Virus record (IMG/VR): IMGVR_UViG_3300023174_000097
Coordinates: 39,707-103,706 of that record
Length of the DNA stretch: 64,000 bases
Reading direction: 5' to 3' (one strand)
Source of the DNA: a virus
In this document: piece after piece, positions 46,151 to 54,639 of the stretch
Numbering within the stretch: position 1 is the first letter of the stretch
Layout: each line of letters begins with the position of its first letter
The notes under the pieces: model-generated
Database searches by the model: none
Told to the model about the DNA's origin: nothing
Seen by the model: only the letters and a program-made list of their open reading frames with translations
Position numbers and translations under genes: made by a program

Positions 46151-48985
46151 ATGAGTGGTGCAAATAAGTATCGTTTCGTTTCCCCCGGAATTCAAATTAA
46201 AGAAATTGATCGTTCACAGGTCAATAATACAAATGACGCTGTAGGACCAGTTATAATTGGTCGTGCAAGAAGAGGACCAGGTATGGTTCCTGTCAAAGTG
46301 CGTTCATATGAAGAATTTGTATCAGTATTCGGCGAACCTGTTCGTGGTTCAACAGATGGTGATATTTGGCGTGAAGGAAACTTAACCGGTCCTGCGTATG
46401 CATCATGGGCTGCTAAAGCTTATTTGGCTAATTCAAGTCCATTAACCTTCGTTCGTTTGATGGGTTCTAAACACCCAGAAGCTGGTTTAAGTGGATATCC
46501 AGGTTGGAAAACAACAAATACAATAACAACTTCAACAGCCAGTAATGGTGGCGCTTATGGTCTTTTCGTTGTTCCATCAAGTTCAGTTGCACAAGTTACC
46601 GGTGCATTAGCTGCAATATTTTATATTGACAGTAGTGCCAGTTTAGCTCTTGCTGGCCAGAATCCATCCGGAACTATGGTTACTGCATCTGCCGCTCTTG
46701 TTAAGTCTGTTGGAAATAGTTTTGAATTTAGAATGAAAGTACTTGATGCGTCATCAAACACGATACTTGATACATCATTTAATTTTGATAAAACATCAGA
46801 CAAATATATTCGTAAAATATTCAATACCAATCCAACTCTTGTAAACAATAGTATAACATCTATTGATAATAGAGAAAAATATTGGCTTGGCGAAACATTT
46901 ACAGATTTCTTAAATGATAATGTTACCGGTTCAGCACAGGGTAAAGCATATGCATTTATCGCAGGCTTAAAGAATACCGATGTTGATTTATCAGATTTTG
47001 AATTAGAAGCGCAGCCAGCAAAGACAGGTTGGATTTTCTCTCAAGATCTCAGCACAGTTACTGGCTCATACAATCCACAGAATATGTCTAAACTCTTTAG
47101 ACTTGTCGCTCTTGGTGGTGAAGGTGCCGGTGATTGGAATCAGCGTTCAATAAAAGTTGCAATAAAAGATGTTAAATACTCACCAACCACATTTGAAAAA
47201 TATGGTTCATTTACAGTTGAAGTACGTTCAACTTCCGATAACGACGCACAGCCAAGTGTTCTTGAAGTATTTACAAACTGCAATCTAAATCCAAATTCGG
47301 AAAATTATGTTGCCAAGAGAATTGGCGATAAATATCTTGAATGGACAGACAACACCGCTACCGGTGAAAAGAGACACAGAGTATTTGGAAACTACGATAA
47401 TATCTCTAAATACGTTCGCGTAGAAATGAATTCATTAGTTGAAGAAGGTGGTATTGATGCAGAATGCTTACCATTCGGATTTTTGGGACCGGTAAAATAC
47501 AAAACTGTTACTTTTAGTTCTGGTTCAGCAACAACTGGTGCACCAATATTAAAAGCAATCGGAGAAATACCACTTGCTCCAGCTGGAACATCAAACACAA
47601 TTGATGTAACCGGTATAAGTGATATAACTGCATCAATTAAATTCCCAGAAGTAAAACTAAGAGTATCAAGCTCACAAGCCGGCGTATTAAACGATAGAGA
47701 TACTTATTATGGTGTTGTTACCAATGTTGGTACAAGAGCACAATTTAATGAAGAATATGTTGACCTTGTAAGAGTTAAACCATATAATCTTGATACTTTC
47801 GTTCCAACCGGCTCACTAACAGAATATTCAACAATATTCACATTAGATGATGTCAAAGAAGTTTCAAGTGCAATAGGTACATTCTTTTGGGAGAGTGGAA
47901 GTCGTGTTGCAGGCCAGTCAATAACAGCTGCCAGTTCTTCTTATAAGAGCTTATTAGATAAAGGTGTTGATAAATTCGTTGTACCAATGTTTGGTGGTTT
48001 TGATGGTCTAAACGTTAAAGAAAAAGAACCATTTGCTAACCGTGTTCTTGGTTCAAATAAAGATCCAAGAGCCAACAGCGCACTATACAGTGTTCAAAAA
48101 GCAATTGACATGGTTTCAGATCCAGAAGTTGTTGAAATGAATCTATTAACTGTTCCAGGTATAACAAATACAGCTGTAACGGACAAGGTTCTTGATATAG
48201 CTAAACAAAGAAACGATACACTCGCAATAATTGACATTGAAGGTGGCTATATACCAACTACTGAAGAAGCAACTCCAGAACGCAGTAGAATGGGTAATGT
48301 AAACACAGCAGTAGCAACTATCAAATCAAGAAACTTAAACAATAGTTTTGGTTGTGCTTACTATCCATGGGTTTCAATTAGTGCCGATAACAATATTCCA
48401 CTATGGGTCCCACCATCAGTTGTAGCTCTTGGTACAATGGCTTCTTCACAAGAAGCAACCGCTGTATGGTTTGCGCCAGCAGGATTTAATCGTGGTGGAT
48501 TGAGTAATGGTTCATCAGGCTTAACTGTTCTTGATGTTCGTGAAAGATTATCACTTAAACAGCGCGATGCTTTATATGAAGTAAACATTAACCCAATTGC
48601 TTCATTCCCAAGTGAAGGTATCGTAATCTTCGGACAGAAGACTCTACAAGCAACTTCAAGTGCTCTTGACCGTATAAACGTTCGTCGTCTTGCGATCTAT
48701 CTCAAGGATAAGATTTCTAAGATTTCAAGAGGCATCCTATTTGATCCAAACTTACAAGTTACTTGGGATCGCTTTGTTTCACAAGTTAATCCATTAATGG
48801 CTGATACAAAGGCAAGATTTGGTTTAAGTGAATATAAAGTTGTACTTGATAGTACAACAACTACACCAGATTTGATTGATCGCAATATTATGTACGCTAA
48901 AGTTTATATTAAGCCAGCACGTGCAATTGAATTTATCGCAATTGACTTTATCATAACAAATACCGGTGCAAGTTTTGACGAATGA
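46151..48985 (+). CDS. Tail sheath protein (T4 gp18-like)
   Basis: FVSPGIQIKEID, YYPW, WFAPAGFNRG, INPI, GQKTLQ, LDRINVRRL, IKPARAIEFI. Confidence 0.97.
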   Translation: MSGANKYRFVSPGIQIKEIDRSQVNNTNDAVGPVIIGRARRGPGMVPVKVRSYEEFVSVFGEPVRGSTDGDIWREGNLTGPAYASWAAKAYLANSSPLTFVRLMGSKHPEAGLSGYPGWKTTNTITTSTASNGGAYGLFVVPSSSVAQVTGALAAIFYIDSSASLALAGQNPSGTMVTASAALVKSVGNSFEFRMKVLDASSNTILDTSFNFDKTSDKYIRKIFNTNPTLVNNSITSIDNREKYWLGETFTDFLNDNVTGSAQGKAYAFIAGLKNTDVDLSDFELEAQPAKTGWIFSQDLSTVTGSYNPQNMSKLFRLVALGGEGAGDWNQRSIKVAIKDVKYSPTTFEKYGSFTVEVRSTSDNDAQPSVLEVFTNCNLNPNSENYVAKRIGDKYLEWTDNTATGEKRHRVFGNYDNISKYVRVEMNSLVEEGGIDAECLPFGFLGPVKYKTVTFSSGSATTGAPILKAIGEIPLAPAGTSNTIDVTGISDITASIKFPEVKLRVSSSQAGVLNDRDTYYGVVTNVGTRAQFNEEYVDLVRVKPYNLDTFVPTGSLTEYSTIFTLDDVKEVSSAIGTFFWESGSRVAGQSITAASSSYKSLLDKGVDKFVVPMFGGFDGLNVKEKEPFANRVLGSNKDPRANSALYSVQKAIDMVSDPEVVEMNLLTVPGITNTAVTDKVLDIAKQRNDTLAIIDIEGGYIPTTEEATPERSRMGNVNTAVATIKSRNLNNSFGCAYYPWVSISADNNIPLWVPPSVVALGTMASSQEATAVWFAPAGFNRGGLSNGSSGLTVLDVRERLSLKQRDALYEVNINPIASFPSEGIVIFGQKTLQATSSALDRINVRRLAIYLKDKISKISRGILFDPNLQVTWDRFVSQVNPLMADTKARFGLSEYKVVLDSTTTTPDLIDRNIMYAKVYIKPARAIEFIAIDFIITNTGASFDE

Positions 48986-49024
48986 TATATATACTAATAT
49001 AAATCATTAAAGAGGATTATAAAA

Positions 49025-49663
49025 ATGGCAAATTTAATTTGGACAGATGCTTCATTAGAACCAAAACGTAAATTTAGATATCTGATTGATATTGCAGGTG
49101 ATGCTAATTCAAGTGCAGAAGAACGAGATGCGATGAAGAGTGTAAGATTTCTCGCTCAAACTTGTGATCGTCCAGGTATAAAAGTTGGAGCAAGTGAACA
49201 TAAATATTTTGATAAAACTTATTGGCATCCAGGACGTGTTACTTGGGAACCAAATCCTCTTAGTATAAAATTAGTTGACATACAAGCTAAAGGAGCAAGT
49301 GGAGTTGATACTAACGGTCTATTATTGAATGCATTTGCTCGTTCTGGTTTAAGTGTATTTAGTTCTTTACCAGATGGTAATTTTACAACAATCGGTAAAT
49401 CAAGAGCAGTTGGTGCACTTGGCCAAGTTACAGTTAGAGTATTAAGTTCATTGACCCAAACTGATGGGTTTATTGAAGGCGAACCAAGTCTTGTAAATGG
49501 TGGTATCGCAGAAGAATGGATTCTTGAAAATGCATGGCTAGAGTCAGTTAAACCAGATGCATTAGACTATGGTTCAGAAGAAATATTAACTGTTACTATG
49601 ACAATAAGATACGATTTCTGCAGATTTAGTAGTCCAGCTGGCGCGTTGTTTCCAGCGGGATGA
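49025..49663 (+). CDS. Tail tube protein (T4 gp19-like)
   Basis: EPKRKFRY, PGRVTW, EEW.L.NAW, LDY, IRYD. Confidence 0.88.
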   Translation: MANLIWTDASLEPKRKFRYLIDIAGDANSSAEERDAMKSVRFLAQTCDRPGIKVGASEHKYFDKTYWHPGRVTWEPNPLSIKLVDIQAKGASGVDTNGLLLNAFARSGLSVFSSLPDGNFTTIGKSRAVGALGQVTVRVLSSLTQTDGFIEGEPSLVNGGIAEEWILENAWLESVKPDALDYGSEEILTVTMTIRYDFCRFSSPAGALFPAG

Positions 49664-49676
49664 TTAGAGGTGATAA

Positions 49677-50546
49677 ATGAATGATAGAGACAATGAACGC
49701 AGACTGCAATTAGCAGCTGAAGATCCAGTCTCTACAAATCAAGTTGCAAGCGGCGGGCTAAAGTCAAAATTAGACTTAGCCTTTGCCGCTCCAACTCTTT
49801 TTGTAGAGCTTCCATCAAAAGGAAAATTCTATAAACCAGGAAGTCCTTTACATGGAAAAGAAACTTTAGAAATAAAGTTTATGACAGCCAAAGAAGAAGA
49901 TATTCTTACCTCAAAGGCTCTTATCAAGAAAGGTGTTGTTCTTGATAGATTGTTAGAGAGTGTTGTTGTAGATAAGTCTATTAATGTAGGCGATCTACTT
50001 GTTGGAGATAGAAATGCACTTTTAATAGATGCAAGAATATCTGGTTTTGGAAGTAAATATGTTACAAGTGTTGGGTGTCCTGTATGCAACACAGTTGCAA
50101 AGCACACATTTTTATTAGATGAAAATAAAAAAATGCTTGATGGTACAATACCAGAAGATTTATCAAGCAAAGTTAAGCATATAGAAGATAAATTATTTGC
50201 TGTAACTCTTCCACAAACAGGTGTTACAGTTAATATTCGCTTGATGACAGGTAATGATGAAAAATCTGTAGTACAAATTTCTGAAGCAAATAAAAATAAT
50301 GCTGTAGATAATAGTAATACCCAACAACTAAAATTGTTGATTGAAAGCGCAGAAGGTGAAAAAGATAAAAAAGTCATAAGTCAATTCGTTGATGTTATGC
50401 CAGTAAGGGATTCAAGATTCCTTAAAGAAGTTTATAAAGCTATAACCCCAAATGTTGATTTAACTCAGCACTTTGAATGTAAAGCCTGTGACTACAGCGC
50501 AGACATGGAGGTTCCATTTAATTTGGAATTTTTTTGGTTTAAGTGA
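49677..50546 (+). CDS. Tail/baseplate-hub assembly chaperone (T4 gp26-like)
   Basis: VELPSKG.FY, MTAKEEDIL, LLVGDRNALL..AR, CPVC, CKAC, ends FFW. Confidence 0.8.
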   Translation: MNDRDNERRLQLAAEDPVSTNQVASGGLKSKLDLAFAAPTLFVELPSKGKFYKPGSPLHGKETLEIKFMTAKEEDILTSKALIKKGVVLDRLLESVVVDKSINVGDLLVGDRNALLIDARISGFGSKYVTSVGCPVCNTVAKHTFLLDENKKMLDGTIPEDLSSKVKHIEDKLFAVTLPQTGVTVNIRLMTGNDEKSVVQISEANKNNAVDNSNTQQLKLLIESAEGEKDKKVISQFVDVMPVRDSRFLKEVYKAITPNVDLTQHFECKACDYSADMEVPFNLEFFWFK

Positions 50547-50721
50547 TGAATACATAGAAAGTGTATACGAGATGTTCTTTGCTCTCAAATATCATGGAGG
50601 GTGGAGTTTCACAGAAGCTTACAACTTACCAATACCAATACGTGACTGGTTTGTCAAGAGACTTGTTAAACAGAAAAAAGAAGAAGCGGAACAAATAGAG
50701 AAGGCTTCTAAAGGCAGATAA
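50530..50721 (+). CDS. Frameshift extension of the tail chaperone (G/GT-type, gp51-like)
   Basis: The +1 frame reads FFGLSDEY...FALKYHGGWSFTEAYNLPIPIRDWF from a T7 run; no SD-led start. Confidence 0.65.
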   Translation, partial: FFGLSDEYIESVYEMFFALKYHGGWSFTEAYNLPIPIRDWFVKRLVKQKKEEAEQIEKASKGR

Positions 50722-50730
50722 AGAAAATAT

Positions 50731-50770
50731 TATACCTTGTTACTAAATAATAATGTAGCAAGGTATAATT
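50731..50770 (+). terminator. Hairpin before the tape measure gene
   Basis: tataccttgttac-taaataataat-gtagcaaggtata. Confidence 0.55.
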
Positions 50771-50791
50771 TTATTTAGGAATATTTTATAA

Positions 50792-53548
50792 ATGGCAGAT
50801 CCAACCAATCCCAGCAAGCCTCCTGATAGTGCGAATGCAAATCCGGATATCAGTGTTCTTACTGAAAAACTTCGCTTAGACAATGAAAAAAAAATAAATG
50901 ACGTACTTGAAGAACAAAAAAAGAAATTAAAAGATATTGTTACTGAGGCAGAAAAAATAACGAATGCCTCAGAAGCAGTTGAGCAAGTTGAAAAAGAAAC
51001 TGCAAAGACTCTTAAAGATAAAGCAAAAAGCTATACAGATATTGATGAAAAAATTAATAATATTAAAGAAAATTACGATCAAATAGTTGATGCAGAACAA
51101 CTTTTACAAGAAGCCGAAGACGAAAGAGCGCAAAAACTACAAGAAAATTATAAATTAAATCAAAAAAATTATTTACTGTTATTAGAACAAATTAAAGTAG
51201 AAACAGATGAAGGTAGAAAAAAATTATTAGAAAAACAAAGAGAAGTTTTATTAGCACAAATAAAATCACAAGCAAATTCTTTAGAACAAAATGAAAAAGA
51301 AAAAAAATTAAAACAAGACATATTAAATATTGGAAAACAAATATTACAGCAATCCCTTCAATATGGTGAACAATTAGAAAAACATATTATTCAAATAAGT
51401 CAGTTAAATGGCGGATACGATAAATATACAAATTCACTAAGAGAAGCAAACAACTTAATGTATGCTTCTTCTGTTGGAACCGGTTTAAGAATAGAAGAAC
51501 TCAATGAAGCACTGGTAGGTCTTTCAAAGAACTTTATAGGCTTAACAACTCAAACTGCTGGCTCAATAAAAGATATGGGAACAGCCGTGGCTCAATTAGG
51601 CAAACTTGGTGTTGATGCTGCAACTGCTTCAAAGAGTTTTGATAGTTTAGTTACAGCCATGGGCAAAACTCCACAACAAGCAGTTAAAATACAAGACAGT
51701 TTTGTTCAAATGGCTGCAAAAAATCGTTTAGCACTCGGTTCTGTTACTCAAGCTTTTGCTGAAAATTCTAATAGATTTGTTGGTTATGGCGAACAAATGA
51801 CTAAGGTTCTTGATGGTTTAGCAGAACAATCATTAAAAACTGGAATTGCTATTGGAAAATTAGTTGGAATAGCTCAAGGATTTGATACCTTTGAAGATGC
51901 AAGTAGAAAAGTTGGTAATCTAAATGCATTATTAGGTGGTGATTATTTCAATAGTATTGAACTTTTAACTGCAAGTGATGAAGATAGAATTAGATTATTA
52001 AAAGAAGGTGTTGCTGCAAGTGGAATGCAATGGGAAAGCATGAATCGTTTTCAGAAAATGGCAATTGCAAATGCAGCTGGCATTACTGATATGAATGAAG
52101 CAGCAAAATTGTTTGGCGAAACATCATTACAGAATACAAGACAACAAGCAGAAGGAGCAGAAGTTCAGAAAACTCTTGCAGAACAAGCAGAAAGTGCAAC
52201 TCTTGCTATGGATAAATTAAAAAGTTCATTTAATGGCCTTATATTAATATTAGAACCAATTGTTACTGTTTTAATGAAGTTTGTTGGTGTGATTTCTGAT
52301 ATTGTTCAGGGAATAAATAATAAACTTAGTAAAGTAATGGGACCAACTTGGGGCGCTATTACAACAAGTTTTCTTCTATATGGTTTGTATACAATTATAA
52401 GATTAAAAGCAGGATTTGGTGGTTTAATAAAAACAATTGGTACTGGAATAGTTAATGCTGTAACAAGAGCATCGGCTGCTATAAAAGGTATGCCAACACC
52501 TGCTGCTGGTCCTGTTGCTTCTGCTGGTCCTACAAGTGCAGTTGGTGGTGGTATGTTTTCTAATGCTGGAAATATGATAAAAGCTGCAGCGGGGATGCTT
52601 ATATTCGCTGCAGCAATGTTTGTAATGGCTAAAGCATTGCAAGAATTCACTATTGCAGCACAAAATGATAAAACCGGTGGAGGTCTTGGTTATGCTGCAG
52701 CTGCACTTATTGGCCTTTCAGTTGCAGCATTAATTTTGAGCAACTCTGCGAGCGAAGTTATAAAAGGCTCTGTTGTTGTGTTGATTATGGCTGCATCTCT
52801 TTTATTACTTGGAATAGCAGTACAATCATTCTCAAAAATTAACTGGTCAGTATTAGGAATTATTGCTGCCGTCTTAATTGGTCTATCAGTCGCATTAGTG
52901 CTTTTAGGACTTGCTGTTAGTGGCCCCCAAGGTCTTCTTTTGCTTGCTGGTATAGGTGTAATGCTCGCAATGAGTGTTGCTTTATTAGCTCTTGGAGCAG
53001 CACTAACTGTGGTATCTCTTGCTATATCAATAGGTGCATTGTCTATCAGTAAACTTGTAGATTCTTTTAAACAACTTTTTGAAATAAAAGATTTAAAAGA
53101 TAATTTTTCTTCTATAGAATCATTTTTATCTCAATTATCTGATATAGATTACGATCCAATCAACAATCTTGCAAATGCAGTTGGTTTATTGGCAGAAAAT
53201 TTACAAAAACTTGCTTCTGTATCAACAAATTTGAATATTAAAGGAAATGTTCAAACAACAACCACTCAAAATATTCAAACACTTGCAAATCAAGCAGGAG
53301 AATCAGCAGTAGCTGTAGGAGAAACTGCTTCTAAAAGAATGCAACAATCATTAATTCCAGCACAACAAACAACTGCATTTGTTCCAGTTGTAGTGCAAAT
53401 TAATGGAAAAAATATTATTGATATATTAAGAAGAGATATTGAAATTGTTTCCGGAGAAGAAACAAGAAGAATGTTGGAATCAGTTGGTATAGTGCAAAGT
53501 TCTGATTACATACAAGCTTCACCTGTTATAATAGAGGAAATTGAATAA
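50792..53548 (+). CDS. Tape measure protein
   Basis: Follows tube and chaperone; helical coiled coil, Ala/Gly-rich repeats, long hydrophobic region. Confidence 0.85.
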   Translation: MADPTNPSKPPDSANANPDISVLTEKLRLDNEKKINDVLEEQKKKLKDIVTEAEKITNASEAVEQVEKETAKTLKDKAKSYTDIDEKINNIKENYDQIVDAEQLLQEAEDERAQKLQENYKLNQKNYLLLLEQIKVETDEGRKKLLEKQREVLLAQIKSQANSLEQNEKEKKLKQDILNIGKQILQQSLQYGEQLEKHIIQISQLNGGYDKYTNSLREANNLMYASSVGTGLRIEELNEALVGLSKNFIGLTTQTAGSIKDMGTAVAQLGKLGVDAATASKSFDSLVTAMGKTPQQAVKIQDSFVQMAAKNRLALGSVTQAFAENSNRFVGYGEQMTKVLDGLAEQSLKTGIAIGKLVGIAQGFDTFEDASRKVGNLNALLGGDYFNSIELLTASDEDRIRLLKEGVAASGMQWESMNRFQKMAIANAAGITDMNEAAKLFGETSLQNTRQQAEGAEVQKTLAEQAESATLAMDKLKSSFNGLILILEPIVTVLMKFVGVISDIVQGINNKLSKVMGPTWGAITTSFLLYGLYTIIRLKAGFGGLIKTIGTGIVNAVTRASAAIKGMPTPAAGPVASAGPTSAVGGGMFSNAGNMIKAAAGMLIFAAAMFVMAKALQEFTIAAQNDKTGGGLGYAAAALIGLSVAALILSNSASEVIKGSVVVLIMAASLLLLGIAVQSFSKINWSVLGIIAAVLIGLSVALVLLGLAVSGPQGLLLLAGIGVMLAMSVALLALGAALTVVSLAISIGALSISKLVDSFKQLFEIKDLKDNFSSIESFLSQLSDIDYDPINNLANAVGLLAENLQKLASVSTNLNIKGNVQTTTTQNIQTLANQAGESAVAVGETASKRMQQSLIPAQQTTAFVPVVVQINGKNIIDILRRDIEIVSGEETRRMLESVGIVQSSDYIQASPVIIEEIE

Positions 53549-53550
53549 TT

Positions 53551-54282
53551 ATGGTTAATATTCCCAATTCAAACACAAAAGCACAAATTGTTATAAGAAC
53601 TTTAGCTCATAAATTTGGAAATTTTGATCAAGTATCTTTTTTCCCTTATGATTTTGATTTTGACAATCAATATAAACCAGATTGGGGTTCATATGAAGCG
53701 TTCGGAAGAATGGATCCGATCATGACTTACAAAAGAACAACAAGAGATATAAGTTTATCTTTTAATGTTGTTGCTGAAAGTGAAGAAACTGCTGCAACTA
53801 ATTTTAATAATTTACAATTTCTTATAAATTGGTTATATCCAGCATATGATAACAAAGAAGAAGAAGAGAATGCAGAAAAAATTAGACAATTACAAGAAAA
53901 ATCTGAATCTTTAAAGAAAATTTTACAAAATACCGGTGCAGAAAATTCAGTACGTGCTGGTGATATACCTAAAGAAATAGCTAAAGCAGAGCAACAAATA
54001 ACAAATTTTCAAGAATTATATTCAATACAACAAAGTTTTGGAATGCAAACTATTCATAAATCTCCACTTTTTAGAATAACATTTATGAATTTGTTGAATG
54101 AAGAAGATTATGTTATAGCCATAACTAACTTTAAACATAAAATGAAATTTGATTCTGCTGATACAAGTTTTTCTTCAAAAGACGGAAAAGTTATACCTGG
54201 TGAATTTAATATTAACATGAGTTTTAAAGTATTACATACTTATACTCCAGGTACAGTTGTATCTCCTTTTGCATATCCTTGA
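53551..54282 (+). CDS. Baseplate tail-tube initiator (gp48/gp54-like)
   Basis: W.....GRMDPIMTYKRTTRDISLSF, WLYP.Y. Confidence 0.65.
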   Translation: MVNIPNSNTKAQIVIRTLAHKFGNFDQVSFFPYDFDFDNQYKPDWGSYEAFGRMDPIMTYKRTTRDISLSFNVVAESEETAATNFNNLQFLINWLYPAYDNKEEEENAEKIRQLQEKSESLKKILQNTGAENSVRAGDIPKEIAKAEQQITNFQELYSIQQSFGMQTIHKSPLFRITFMNLLNEEDYVIAITNFKHKMKFDSADTSFSSKDGKVIPGEFNINMSFKVLHTYTPGTVVSPFAYP

Positions 54283-54294
54283 TGGAAATAATAT

Positions 54295-54636
54295 ATGAGT
54301 ATAAAAAGATATAAAAATAGAAAAAAAATTTTCAATAACAGTGAATTAATACAAAAAATATTAGATATTAAAAATATTCAAGGAATAAGACATTATATGT
54401 CTCCTAAAATTAAAATGCCCACTTACTTGGATAAAATAAATATCAAAACTGTTGGAGCTATTTGGAAAAGAGGAGATCGTTTGTCTAAATATGCAGAAAA
54501 ATATTATAACAATTCACAATTATGGTGGGTTATTGCATTATATAATAATAAACCAACCGATGCTCATTTTACTATAGGTGATGTTTTTTATATACCAACT
54601 GATTTAAATAACTTATTTCAATACGTGGAAATATAA
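54295..54636 (+). CDS. LysM-like baseplate wedge protein (gp53-like)
   Basis: GDRLSKYAEKYYNNSQLWWVIALYN...IP. Confidence 0.8.
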   Translation: MSIKRYKNRKKIFNNSELIQKILDIKNIQGIRHYMSPKIKMPTYLDKINIKTVGAIWKRGDRLSKYAEKYYNNSQLWWVIALYNNKPTDAHFTIGDVFYIPTDLNNLFQYVEI

Positions 54637-54639
54637 TAT

